NCBI RefSeq assembly: GCF_001447785.1
Contig: NW_015161507.1
Coordinates: forward strand, 95,555-159,554
Reading direction: 5' to 3'
DNA length: 64,000 nucleotides
Source of the DNA: Gekko japonicus
Taxonomy: Eukaryota
The notes beneath the pieces are model-generated. The model made no database searches and was not told the origin of the DNA. It saw only the letters and a list, made by a program, of their open reading frames with translations. Position 1 is the first letter of the stretch, and every line of letters starts with the position of its first letter. The translations under genes and the position numbers were made by a program. Shown here piece after piece: positions 24,877 to 36,524 of this stretch.

Positions 24877-27588
24877 GTGGAACAGACAATGACAGAGTCG
24901 CTGGGGATACCGTGGTACATTCCAGTATCACGGCAGTCCACGCGAAAGATGCAGCATGCTCTGATCCTCCGTACTCAACATGGTCAGACCCTGCACAAAT
25001 GCCGCCATCTAGCAATGAAAGCACCCCCCTCAGTTTCCACACAAGCAACATGGTCGGACCCTGTGCAAATGCCACCATCTAGTGATGAAAGCACCCCCCT
25101 CAGTTTCCACACAAACTTCCACCAGGAAAAAAGGGCAGAGTCAATGCAGACACCTCAGGCCTTCATAAGGAACACCGCGAGTGAAATCTGTGCGCCCGCA
25201 GAAGGGTGCCCGGCTGTCTCCGGCATCTTCATGCGACAGAGGAAGAATGCATCCTACGTGTGGAAGTTCTTCCGCCGTGCGCCCAACGATAGATTCGTGG
25301 TCGTTTGTCAGGAGTGCCACGCGAGGGTGCGTCTTGGGAAGGAGAATGGATGTGGAAAGGTCGGCACTTCGGCAATGAGGAAGCACATGGAGGTGCATCA
25401 CTCGAACCTCATTCCTCAGCAGCAGGGCGTGGCTGACTTTGGGGCGGCCGGTGCAGCCAGCAAAGTAGCGATAGAGGCTTCCACGGCTGAGCAGATGTAC
25501 CATTCTCCAGGAGGACAGTCTTCCTCGCCATCTTCCGCGATGTGTCACCAGCTTAACATCGAGGAATCGTTTTGCCTCAAGGCCCCCGTCGGTGTGTCAA
25601 CTCTTCAGGCAGCTCACTACACCCGTGGCGTGGCCGCATACCTTGCCGAAGCGATGCTTCCGTTCAGCACGGTGGAGGAAAGGTCGTTCGTCGATCTTTG
25701 TGCAGCCTTCGCACCACAGTGGAGGATTCCATCCAGACGCTATTTTGCCACAAAGGTCATTCCGGCATTGGCAGAAGACATTAAGGGAGCCGTGTGCCGA
25801 GGCATGCAGAGAGCCGTAGGGCGGGTAGTGCACTTCACCAGCGGTGTGTGGACGAGCAGTCGGGACGAGTGTTACCTTTGCGTCACGGCACACTGGGTGG
25901 GGTGCAATGCCGTGGGAGCGCTTGAGCACTGGGACGCCACTCTGGTTCTGGAGCCGTTGACACAGAAGCACGCCGCTAACCACGTCTTGACTGAACTGCG
26001 GTCCTTGGTGGAGGAGTGGCTGTCTCCCCTCAGTCTGAGACTGGGGAGCATCACGACCGGCAACGGTTCGATCTATGTGAAGGCTTTCCGAAATGCAGCC
26101 TTTTGCCACATCCGATGCATAGCTCACTGCTTGAACCTGGTGGTGACGGCAGCGTTACAGCTGGCGCCGGCGTGTGTCAGGACAGTCGTGGACCTGGCAT
26201 GCAAAATTGTTGGTCACTTCCACAACTCTAGCAACGCACAGGAAGCCTTGAGAAGGATTCAGGTGAGGAGAGGCGTTCCTCAGCATAGGCTTCGCCGAGA
26301 GGTTGGCGTACATTGGAACGGCACTCTGCACATGCTCCAGAGACTGTGCGAGCAGAAGGAGGCCGTTAATGAGTATGTGTGCAAGAAGGACTACGGCAAC
26401 CTCCAAGTCCGCCCTGATCAATGGGTTTTAATGCACAACATTGCAGATTTACTGTACTCCTTTGACGAGTGCACGGGACTTTTGAGCCACAGCGATGCCA
26501 CTCTGGGGACGGTTCTCCCTGTGATCCATGTGATAACAGCTGACGTTCAGGAGAAAATAGCCTCCTTTGCTAGTGGCCCCATGGCATCCCTGCCATCAGT
26601 GGCCTTCGGGAACACGGTGCTCAAGCAACTGACCAAAAACAAGCAGCTGCGCGCCATGTCTGTCAGCGTCAGGTACCACGCAGCCACGTTTCTCGATCCA
26701 CGGTTCAGAGACAAAATCAGGAGCTACCTGGGGGAGAGTGCGGAAGAGAATTACAATGCGTTGCATGCCTACATTTTGGAGCAGACGACGCCCTACTGCC
26801 GCGAGCGAGCTGCGAACGCGCGGCGTGCCGAGTCTGTGGCGGGGGAAGAGATCGTGTCCCAGGACAGACTTTTCTTTGAAAGAGCCCTGCAGAACAGCCA
26901 AAGCTCCGTCTTCTCGAGAGGAGTCCTAAAACTGGGTCTCTGTGGTCCTACACCCCGCCCAGTCAGGCAAAACACATTCCTCGAGCAGGAGCCCGAGGTC
27001 AGCGCCCAACAAGAACTCGAAGCGTATGTCAGCGACGAGATTCCGGTGGAGTTCTTGCTGCCCGACAGCAACCCATTGCATTATTGGGAAGGAAAGTGCG
27101 GCGTGTGGCCGTGCCTGTCTTCCGTGGCCATCAGTACACTGGCCTGCCCTCCGACTAGCATTCCCTCTGAGCGCCTTTTCTCCACTTCCGGCAAAGGCGT
27201 GGCAAAGCTTCGGACCCAGCTGTCTCCCGCTGGTGTTTCCGCTCTGTCCTTTGTACGGTCAAATAAAAAATGGATCCCGAGCGAGCACTGCCCTCCAGAA
27301 TGCACCAGTGACGATTACGCACCACCTCCGCCTGCTGATGCCACCGTGGCGGAGTACAGCCTGGATGAAGAGGATGCTGTCTCTGTTATACTGGAGCCGC
27401 TTGTGCCTAACGAAGCGATCCCGAGCGAGCACTGCCCTCCAGAATGCACCAGTGACGATTACGCACCACCTCCGCCTGCTGATGCCACCGTGGCGGAGTA
27501 CAGCCTGGATGAAGAGGATGCTGTCTCTGTTATACTGGAGCCGCTTGTGCCTAACGAAGCGTCCTGTGAGCTGGAGGAAGATGTGTGA
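24877..27588 (+). CDS. hAT-family transposase-derived ZBED-like protein (BED finger, RNase H-like core, hATC dimerisation motif), probably catalytically inactive
   Basis: SYVWKFF..CQEC..GTSAMRKHMEVHH (BED); LPFSTVE..F; IPSRRYF; RCIAHCLNLVV (CxxH); HWNGT; ATFLDPRF; PLHYW; PPTSIPSERLFS. True start unresolved (ATG at 25144 or spliced entry at 25126). Confidence 0.93.
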   Translation: MEQTMTESLGIPWYIPVSRQSTRKMQHALILRTQHGQTLHKCRHLAMKAPPSVSTQATWSDPVQMPPSSDESTPLSFHTNFHQEKRAESMQTPQAFIRNTASEICAPAEGCPAVSGIFMRQRKNASYVWKFFRRAPNDRFVVVCQECHARVRLGKENGCGKVGTSAMRKHMEVHHSNLIPQQQGVADFGAAGAASKVAIEASTAEQMYHSPGGQSSSPSSAMCHQLNIEESFCLKAPVGVSTLQAAHYTRGVAAYLAEAMLPFSTVEERSFVDLCAAFAPQWRIPSRRYFATKVIPALAEDIKGAVCRGMQRAVGRVVHFTSGVWTSSRDECYLCVTAHWVGCNAVGALEHWDATLVLEPLTQKHAANHVLTELRSLVEEWLSPLSLRLGSITTGNGSIYVKAFRNAAFCHIRCIAHCLNLVVTAALQLAPACVRTVVDLACKIVGHFHNSSNAQEALRRIQVRRGVPQHRLRREVGVHWNGTLHMLQRLCEQKEAVNEYVCKKDYGNLQVRPDQWVLMHNIADLLYSFDECTGLLSHSDATLGTVLPVIHVITADVQEKIASFASGPMASLPSVAFGNTVLKQLTKNKQLRAMSVSVRYHAATFLDPRFRDKIRSYLGESAEENYNALHAYILEQTTPYCRERAANARRAESVAGEEIVSQDRLFFERALQNSQSSVFSRGVLKLGLCGPTPRPVRQNTFLEQEPEVSAQQELEAYVSDEIPVEFLLPDSNPLHYWEGKCGVWPCLSSVAISTLACPPTSIPSERLFSTSGKGVAKLRTQLSPAGVSALSFVRSNKKWIPSEHCPPECTSDDYAPPPPADATVAEYSLDEEDAVSVILEPLVPNEAIPSEHCPPECTSDDYAPPPPADATVAEYSLDEEDAVSVILEPLVPNEASCELEEDV
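27273..27560 (+). repeat. Exact 144-bp (48-aa) in-frame tandem duplication in the acidic C-terminal tail
   Basis: IPSEHCPPEC...PLVPNEA occurs twice. Confidence 0.95.
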
Positions 27589-28980
27589 CCGTCGCTGCAG
27601 GGACCTGGCATGTTTAGTCCAAGATGATAAATTCTTTTCATGAGTTATGAGATAATCAGACCATAAATCAACGCATGCTTCCAGCAATGCTGGTCCACTT
27701 CCATAAGGCTGGGTACCTGGGCACAGCCATGGCCGCTCACCACTCAAGTGTCAGTGCCCAGGGGGCCCTTCAGCGTTTCCCTTTCTACATAGTTTTCACC
27801 TCAAGTTTATCCCCGGGGGCCATTCCGTTTGTGATGTATACATTCTAGTGATTTGAGGTGTTTTGTTGAGGGTACTGAGTGATTGCTGTTGTTTCTCCTT
27901 ATCCAAAATGAAGCTTGCTTTGAGCAGAGTTCCCTCCCACCGAGGGATTCTGACGAAAGAGGTATTTATTAGTATTTATTCGTTTCATTGGTTTCTATCC
28001 TGCCTTTCTAGCCAGGGAGCATGAGGCAGCTTACAAATATACAATAAACAACCATTGCTTTTTAAATGATAATGACCACAGGTCATGATGTGTGTGTGTG
28101 TGTATATAATACTAGAGGGCATCCAGTGAAGCTGATGGGCAGTAGGTTCAGGATGTACAAAAAGAAATACTACTTTACGCAGAGATTGATTAAAAACATG
28201 GAATTTGCTGCCAAAGAATATAGTGTTGTCCACAGGAATAAACAGCTTTAAAAGGGGATTAGATAGATTCATGGAGGATATGTCTATCAATGGCTACTAT
28301 CCATGGTGACTGAGGGGAACTTCCATATTCAGAGGCACTAAGCCTCTGAATCCCAGAGCCAGGAGGCAATGTTTTACTTATTGATAGCCTGACTTCCTCG
28401 CTGGGACTCAAGGTGGGTTTTTTGTTAAAAAGTGGCAGTTGACCTATGGCGACCCCGTAAGATCTTCAAGGCAAGAAACAAACATTGCCTGCCTCTGCAA
28501 ATACTAATCACAGCTGACGCTGCTTGGCTTCCAAGTAAGGTTGCCAGCTCTGGGTTGGGAAATACCTGGAGATTTTGGGGGGTGGAGCCTGAGGAGGGTG
28601 CATTGGATGTAAATCCAATGTAAATCCAATGCAGTAAAACCAGCTGATTCCCCACAATAATCATTGCAGGGAACTACAGTCCTTTTCCATTAGAAAAGAT
28701 TTGGGGAGGGACTTCAATGGGGGTATAATTCCATAGAGTTCACCTTCCAAAGTGGCCATTTACACTCTAGACAAACTGATCTCTGTTGCCTGGAGGTCAG
28801 CTATAACAGCAGGAAATCTCCAGCCACCATCTGGAGGTTGGCCACTTTACTTCCAAGATTGGATGAGATCGGGTTAGCCTGGGCCATCCAGGTCAGGTCA
28901 TTGCAGGATATAAAACAGTGTGGCATAAAACCACCAGGGAACAATGAATGCAATAGGACCGGATTAACAGAATTAGGGAA

Positions 28981-30030
28981 CAAAGTTTGAATCTAGTGGC
29001 ACCTTTAAGACCAGCAAAGTTTTATTCTGGGTATAAGCTTTCAAGTTCATGCACACTTCTTCAGGTACATTGAAACAGAAAGCCACTAGTGTGGAGCTTC
29101 ATGAGGACAGGTTTTTTTTTTGGGGGGGACTTCAATGGAATATAATGCTTTCCAAAGTGGCCATTTTCTCCAGGTGAACCGTTGCCTGGAGATCAGTTGT
29201 AATAGTGGGAAATCTCCGGGCACTACCATGATAAGATAACGAAGGCCCTGGTCACACGGGCCAGATAACACGGTGGGGGGAGGGCGGTATGGCTTTTTGC
29301 ACCGGTGCAATTTAACGCGCCAGAACGCAATCAGACGTGGCAGTGGCAAATCGGGGTTTTGTCGGCGCGCGTTTCCGGCGCACGTCAACACAGCGAGAGG
29401 AGCGCGCTTGAGCGATCACACGTAGGTATTCCGTTGACAGCCCGTAGCAAACCGTTTGCTAGTAGGCTTTCCTGGGTATTTTTTAACTCCGGATCTTCAG
29501 GCAGATGCTGTGGGTTGGCGATGGGTGTGCTACGCTTGCCAGATGTGTCCTTGTGATTTCGCCCGTATACTCCGCCTGACATTTGTGCCTCTCCCGCGGC
29601 AAATCCTCCGTGTGACCGGGGCCATGTTTAGGGGGAAATATATCTTCTTTAATTAACCATTAAAGTTGTTTCCTTTGAAATACGGTACAGCGCTCAATAG
29701 ACCATTTCACTCAAGGTTTCATCAGATGAGACCTTACACTAGAAAATATACAAAAATACGTAAAATTTCTGCCCCCTTTAGTCTGAATGCACCCAAAACA
29801 GAAGTCAGAATACTTTTGTGACCATTTTTCTCCAGGTGAACTGACCTCTGTCAAATGGAGATTAGTTGTAATTGCAAGAGATCTCCAGCCACTACCTGGA
29901 GGTTGGCAGCCCTAGTTTCAATGTCTCTGAAGAAGCCTGTATGCACACAAAAGCTTGTACCTTGAATAAAACTTTGTTGGTCTTAAAGGTCCCGCTGGAC
30001 TCAAACTTTGTTCTTCTGCTTCAGACCAAC
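28981..30030. mobile_element. Inverted pair of Penelope-like pLTR remnants with nested MITEs
   Basis: 28981-29076 is the approximate reverse complement of 29915-30010; hammerhead-like core at 29031-29068 (minus strand). Confidence 0.7.
29244..29623. mobile_element. CpG-rich MITE, PIF/Harbinger-like
   Basis: TIRs ggccctggtcacacgg / ccgtgtgaccggggcc (15/16). Confidence 0.7.
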
Positions 30031-30191
30031 GGGCTACATACACCAGAATCAGGGAACAATGCAAACTATTTAAGGTATACTATAAATTAATACAATGTAA
30101 ATCCAATGCAGTAAAAGCAGCTGATTCCCCACAATAATCAGTGCAGGGAACTACAGTCCTTTTCCATTAGAAAAGAGCTCTTTCTCCTGTT

Positions 30192-30399
30192 CAGTGCTCC
30201 CTCTAAGCTGTGGATTCTTGTGAGCAAAAATGCTGCATGTGAGTTACTGGCATTAAAGTTGTGAGCGGGTGATTTGGCTTCTGCATAAATTAGTTTGCCT
30301 CTGGAGCCATCCTTCCTGAGCTAAGACAAAAAATGTGTAAGCCAGAGTCTAAAAAAACTGCGAGCTAGCTCGCACTAGCTCAACTCAGAGGGAACACTG
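30192..30399. mobile_element. hAT-type MITE, same family as 12985
   Basis: TIRs cagtgctccctctaag / ctcagagggaacactg. Confidence 0.85.
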
Positions 30400-30579
30400 G
30401 TCCCATTGTCCTGCAGTTCCAGCCCCATCACAAAATTGCCCTCCTGAATATTATGGTTTTGCAGTCTGCTTAGTGACAGAAGCGTCGGAGCCTTCCTGAC
30501 CTCCTCAGGCAAGCCCTTCCACAAAATGGGGATCTACCCCTGAAAAAAGTATGCATTTTCATTATTGAAAGAAGGCTCC

Positions 30580-31090
30580 CAACAGTATTATTCACACAAA
30601 ACAAGCGATGGACGAATTCCTTTCTATGGGCATTTGAGCCTCTCAACGGGGGGAAACAAAGATGGCGCCAAAAGTAACCAAGAAGTCTTAATCTCCAGAC
30701 AAAGAAGTCGCCTCTCTTTGTACACGTTAGCGGCTCTATAGAGGTAGCAACGTGTCGCTCTACCTCCTCATAGATCTATGGCACTTTAACGCGAAGGCAG
30801 ACCGGAAGTGTGTGTCACTCTGGTATACTCCGCTACGCTTTATTCCCTCGGCAACTCTATGGTGCAAGTCGTCTCGGTCATGGCGACGCTCTATCATTGT
30901 CATCTCTATAGCAAAAACGTTTTTTTGTTTTTTAAACTTTACATTTAAAGAGAGCCTCCGGGAAGGTAAAGTTTAATGCTGGAAGCGCGTAAAGAACGGG
31001 GGCTGTTTTTGCTGCAGACGGAGATTTCGAACAGCACGTGGGAAAAGAAGGCGAAGCTGATGCTTGGAGCCGCCGGTGAGGCTTTTAATG
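30580..31090 (+). promoter_or_regulatory. CpG-enriched putative promoter and first exon of ZNF gene 3
   Basis: Paralogous to 7660-8210 (tgagcctctca.cggggg.aaacaaagatggcgccaaaagt); ccggaagt ETS site; ZNF143-associated-like gaactacagtcc at 30148-30159. Confidence 0.65.
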
Positions 31091-33664
31091 TTATTTTATA
31101 GCCCCTGCGCCTTCAGCCAAAATCGCCGGCTCCCGGAGCAGGTTGCACCAATTCCTAAGGGATGCAATTATCCACTGAAATAGGCTGGGTGTGCTGGGAA
31201 GGGTGTCCGGATGCCGCCTTGTGTCCCTCCGACTTCAGGGGGGCGAGGGATGTGGGCAGGGTGGAGTGAGTTCAAGGGACTCCGAGCATCGATGGAGGAA
31301 AGCCGGCGACGGTGATTTGGAGGGGGGCGGTTCAATGGATGACTCGCTTGCTGTGCACGCAGAAGGTCTTGTCCCTGGTAGCTCCACTTAAATGGTTTTT
31401 CTCTGTCTCCAGAGGGGTGGCAGTAAGAATAAAGAGGTGTCTAGTGATGCTTTAAAGACTACTTTATTTGAGAACAGAGTCCAGTGACCAACGAAGTTTT
31501 ATTCAGGGGATGGGGTGGGTGGGTTGCCAGATCCATGTTGGGCAACTCCTGGAGAATTGGGGGGCGGCGCCTGGGGAGGACAGCGGCCTCAGCGGGGTAC
31601 AATGCCACAGAATCCACCCACCAAAGCATCCATTTTCTCCAGGGGAACTGATCTCTGTAGTCCGGAGATGAGCTGTAATTCCAGGGGGTCCCACCTGGAG
31701 GCTGGCATACCTATATTATCACACCTTATTCTTGCATAAGTTTTTTCTGGAGCCAGCACTCCCTTCATCAGATGCGCTTCTCTACCTGAAGATCGTTTCA
31801 AGGGGTTTGCCATGCTGATCTGCAGGTATCCGATGAAATGAGACTGGACTCCTGAAAGCTCGCATACCCTGAAATTATTGTTGGTCTCTAAGGTGCTACT
31901 GGATTCGAATCTAGCCCAAACCGCCAAGAGATCCACCGGTTTGTGTGGAGGTGGTCTCGGGTTCAGTCCCTGCTGGCTCTCCAGGTTAAAAAGGCTCCTG
32001 GGTGTTGGGAAAGAATGAAGGACCTTGCTCTGCCCAAGGCCCTGGGGAGCAGCTGCGAGTCAAAGTAGACTGTTGTGATGTGAAAGAGCTTGATTCGAAT
32101 CCAGTAGCACCTTCTCCTGAGTGGGGTGTAAAAAGGGGCAGTGAGGGACAAAAAAGTACAAGGAGGCATATTGTAGTGGGGAGAGAGTCAGTTTGGTGTA
32201 GTGGTCAAGTGCGTGGACTCTAATCTGGGAGAACCGGGTTTGATTCCCCACTCCTCCACTTGCAGCTGCTGGATGACCTTGGGCAAGCCATAGTTCTGAC
32301 AAGAGCTGTCCTTGAAAGGGCAGTTCTCTCAGAGCTCTCTCAGCCCCACCCACCGCATCATCAGATCTTGGAAGCTGAGCAGGGTCAGTCCTAGCTAGTA
32401 CTTGGGTGAGAGACCACCAAAGAAGTGGCTGCACAGAGGCAGGCAGTGGCAAACCACCTTCTCTTGCCTTGGAAACCCTATGGGGTCATTGTAAGTCAGG
32501 TGTGACTTGACGGCACTTTCCATCGAGGGTCACAATGGAGCAGGTGTGGCTCCAGGAACAACCTGAGAGTCCCAAGCCACAGAATGAAGGCTTACTAGGC
32601 TAACTTACCTCACAGGGTTGCGGTGAGGACAAAATGGGGGGGAGGAAAATGCAAGCCCTTCACACCTCACAGGGTTGCGGTGAGGACAAAATTGGGGGGA
32701 GGAAAACGCAGGCCCACAGAGGAAGGACAGGATAAAACTGCTGGGTATCTAGGTAGACAGAACATGCCCACCACTATCTCGGGGGCCCTTGGCCTCCTGG
32801 TAGCAGATGTGCTGGAATGACTGGCTATGTGAGTGTGAGGCAACCATGTCCTCTGCCAGGATTTGCTAAATTCTTCCCCAGAATTCCTCACGGCTCCTGT
32901 TTTATGCCTCCTTCCTGGCTTCCATTTTTACACCCCATTTCCCTTAATGCCGTGGCATTTGTGGACGCCACTGTGGGGAACCCTATCACAGAGCTTCTGC
33001 TAAATCCTAAAGCAGCATGATGTCACTGGGCTTGGCCCATAATTATGCCGTTGCCATGATGGTGATTTTTAGTATTATTTTTACTCCTGCCAGCCTACCA
33101 AATGGCAGCAGGAAGTTGTAAGAACACAAGAAGAGCCCTGCTGGATCAGACTGGTAGCTCCACCAGCATCCTGTCCCACACAGTGGCTGACTAGGTCCTC
33201 TGGAGGGCCAACAACAGGGCATAGAGGCTGAGGCCTTCTGTTGATGTAGCCTCCTGGCTCTGGGATTCAGAGGATTAATGCCTCTGAATGGGCAGGTTCC
33301 CCTCAGCCACCATGGCTAGTTGTCACTGATAGACCTATCCTCCATGAATCTACCCACATTTTAGTCACTTTCTGTTTAAAGTAGTATTTCCTTCTGTTCA
33401 TCCTGAACCTACTGTCCATCAATTTCATTGGATGCCCTCAAGTTCTAGTATTTTGGGAGAGGGAGAAAAAATTGTCATCTCTCTCTGCTTCATGCATAAT
33501 TTTATAAACCTCTAATGTCCCCACTTAGTCATCTCTTTTCTAAACTGAAAAGTCCCAGACTCTTCAGCCTTTCCTCATAGGGAAGGTGCTCCAACCCCCT
33601 AATCATTGCCAGCTATAGTGGGCAACCTGGCAGGCCTAACTCTTCCGAATTGTTTAACCATTAG

Positions 33665-33835
33665 GGGCTGATGGCAGACAAGCACACACAGAAGCAGATC
33701 CTGGAGAAGTTCCTGGCCGCCCTTCCCCAGAAAATGCAGTCCTGGCTCAGGAAGTGTGGCCCTGAGATGTATGACCAGGCAGTAGCCCTGGCAGAAGGCT
33801 TTCTGTTCAAGCAACAGCAAGAGGAGAGGAAGCAG
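33665..33835 (+). pseudogene. ZNF gene 3: partial SCAN exon (C-terminal half, 15-nt internal deletion)
   Basis: [38 protein letters not shown]; branch point cctaac plus ttag acceptor; donor cag|gtgaga as in gene 2. Confidence 0.75.
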
Positions 33836-34946
33836 GTGAGAATGCATTGTCCTTATGGTTCCAAGAGTTACTGAGTGTGCATGAGAATAGCCTTCAGTTG
33901 ATGGCCACATGCTGCAAAGGTAGGTTCAGAACAATGCTTCTGTGTATTCCACTAATACCCAGGGCTATTTTTGGGCAGGGACGCACAGGAACGGAGTTCC
34001 GGCTGGCTCCTGAGTTGGCCACGCCCAGCAGGAACTCATTAACATAATAGGCCACACCTAACAGCAGACACTCATTAGGATTGGCTACATTAGGGGTGTG
34101 TGGCCTAACATGCAAAGACGTTCCTGCTACAAAAAAAGCCCAGGGTTTTGACAACAAAGTAAACAGAATAAGAAGCAAAAGTTGGGTGTGGTTGGATGAC
34201 CACACTTCTGGTAACATTTGGGGTGTGGCCTAATATGCTAATGGGTTTCTGCTGTTGGGTGTGGCCTATTATGCTAATGAGTTCCTGCTGGGCTTTTTCT
34301 TCAAAAAAAGCCCTGCTAATACCCAGTGTGATTCCCAAGGTTGGCACCCATATGTTTTCTGATGTCCACTGGCTCCTTCCCCGAGGCATCGCTCCCTAAA
34401 GCAATGAGCCAACCTAGCTTTTCTCCACCTTACTGGAGAAGGAGGTGTCTCACAAGAGCCACTTCCCATGTCTCCATGGCCACCATTTTGTTGTGGTGCC
34501 TGCTACCTGTTCTCAGAATTCCAGAAGTGTCTACAGGCTCAGCGAGGCTGAGGACCACGGTTATGTCCAGCTTTCTGCCAGTCAGGCCTGGTTCTGGATT
34601 CCATCACATTGAATATCAAGCTGTCACGTACCAGGAGCCAACACGTTAAGAGGTTCTTGCCAAGCTTTTAATGGCCTCTGAAGAGCTTTCAGTGTCATCT
34701 GGTGGTCTTCATAACTTTTGATTTCTAGTAGTAATGGCTCATTTGGTTAAGTGGGAAGTCTGAGTTGAAATTTGACGGTTTTGTGGATTGGAGTTTTATT
34801 TTTTAAGATGAAATGAAACGGGAGCACCTTAAAGATCAGCCACGTTCATTCTGGCATAAGCTTTTCCTAGTTGGAGTTCACTTCATCAGATGCATTTGGG
34901 ATGTATATCACCTAGGTGTCTGAAGACATGAGCACTCACTCATGAA

Positions 34947-35522
34947 TCATAGAATAGAATCATAGAGTTGGAAGGTACCTCTGGGGTCATCTAGTCCACC
35001 CCCCTGCACAATGCAGGAAATTCACAAATACCTCCCCCCCATATCCCCAGTGACTGCTGTTCCACGCCCAGAAGATGGCAAAAAAAAAAAAAAAAAAACC
35101 TCCAGGATCCCTAGCCAAAGTTGCCTGGAGAAAATTTTTCCTGACCCCAAAGTGTCGATCAGCATTTCCCTGGACATGTAAGGAAGGGCCACAAGAACTA
35201 AGCACTGATGCAACCCTTCCCGCCCTCCCTCTCATGATCTGCCTAAGTTCACAGAATCAGCATTGCTGTCAGATGACCATCTAGCCTCTGCTTGAAAACC
35301 TCCACAGAAGGAGAGCCCACCACCTCCCGAGGGAGCCTGTTCCTCTGAGGAACCACTCGAACTGTCAGGAAGTTCTTCCTAATGTTTAGCCGAAAACTCC
35401 TCTGATTTAATTTCAACCTGTTGGTTCTGGTCCGACCTTCTGGGGCAACAGAAAACAACTCCGCACCATCCTCTGTATGACAGCCCTTCAGGTACTTGAA
35501 GATGGTTATCGTGTCACCTCTC
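34947..35522 (-). mobile_element. CR1 LINE 3' end
   Basis: Reverse (attctat/gattct) tail; RTRTNRLKLNQRSFRLNIRKNFLTVRVV is CR1 ORF2 C-terminus. Confidence 0.9.
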
Positions 35523-35572
35523 CATATGAAAGCTTAGGCTGGAATAAATTTGAGTAGGCCTTCATGGCCTTG

Positions 35573-35780
35573 ACCTGGATGGCCTGGGCTAGCCTGATCT
35601 TGTCAGATTGTGGCTGCTAAGCAGGGTTGGCCCTGGTTGGTACTTGGATGGGAGACCAGCAGCAGGGAAGCCCAGGGTCTCTGTGCAGAGGTGGGCAATG
35701 GCAAATTGCCTCTGTTTTTCCTTTGCCCTCAAAACCCTATGGGGTCGCCATAAGTCAGCTGCCACTTGCCGGCACTTTCC
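35573..35780 (+). mobile_element. 5S rRNA-derived SINE
   Basis: gcctgatcttgtcagat..gctaagcagggttggccctggttggtacttggatgggagacc resembles 5S rRNA; further copy at about 32357-32520. Confidence 0.75.
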
Positions 35781-35788
35781 GCCACCAT

Positions 35789-36096
35789 TAGGGCTGCCAA
35801 GTGGGGGCGGGTGGCGGGTAAACCCCCGCTTTGGAGGCCCGATTTCCGCCGCCATGGAATCGGGCCCCGGGGGGAACTCCGCCCCCCGAAGCGCAGCGTG
35901 GCTGCGTCACCGGAGGTGACACAACCATGTCGATCACGTTGGGGGCATGGCCCTGATCGTCGGAGGGAAAACTCAACGTGATGGACGTCGCGCGTCACTT
36001 CCGGTGGCGTGCTTGCGGCACGTGCTTACCACCGGACGGCTCCCGGAGCCCGGCGAGGCTCCCCCGCCAGTAAGAAATTTAGACTTGGCAACCCTA
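35789..36096. mobile_element. Young CpG-rich hAT MITE
   Basis: TIRs tagggctgccaagt / acttggcaacccta; perfect 8-bp TSD gccaccat. Confidence 0.92.
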
Positions 36097-36293
36097 GCCA
36101 CCATCAATCTTTAAGGTGCCACTGGACTTCTGTTATGTTTTGTTGCTACAAACATGGCTGCCCATCTGGAATTATTCTATAACTGATCGATTGTTTCTAT
36201 TGGCTGTGGTGTCTATGATTTGGTGAACCCCCTTAATTGTTTTTCTCACATAAAAGTAGTCCATAGATGTGATAAATAAAATAAACAGTCTGA

Positions 36294-36524
<231 letters not shown>

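Noticed and set aside
24017-27960. Intact autonomous hAT transposon
   Set aside because: No TIR or TSD pair found and catalytic aspartates are substituted
35590-35660. 5S rRNA gene
   Set aside because: Diverged, partial and fused to SINE body; a 5S-derived SINE
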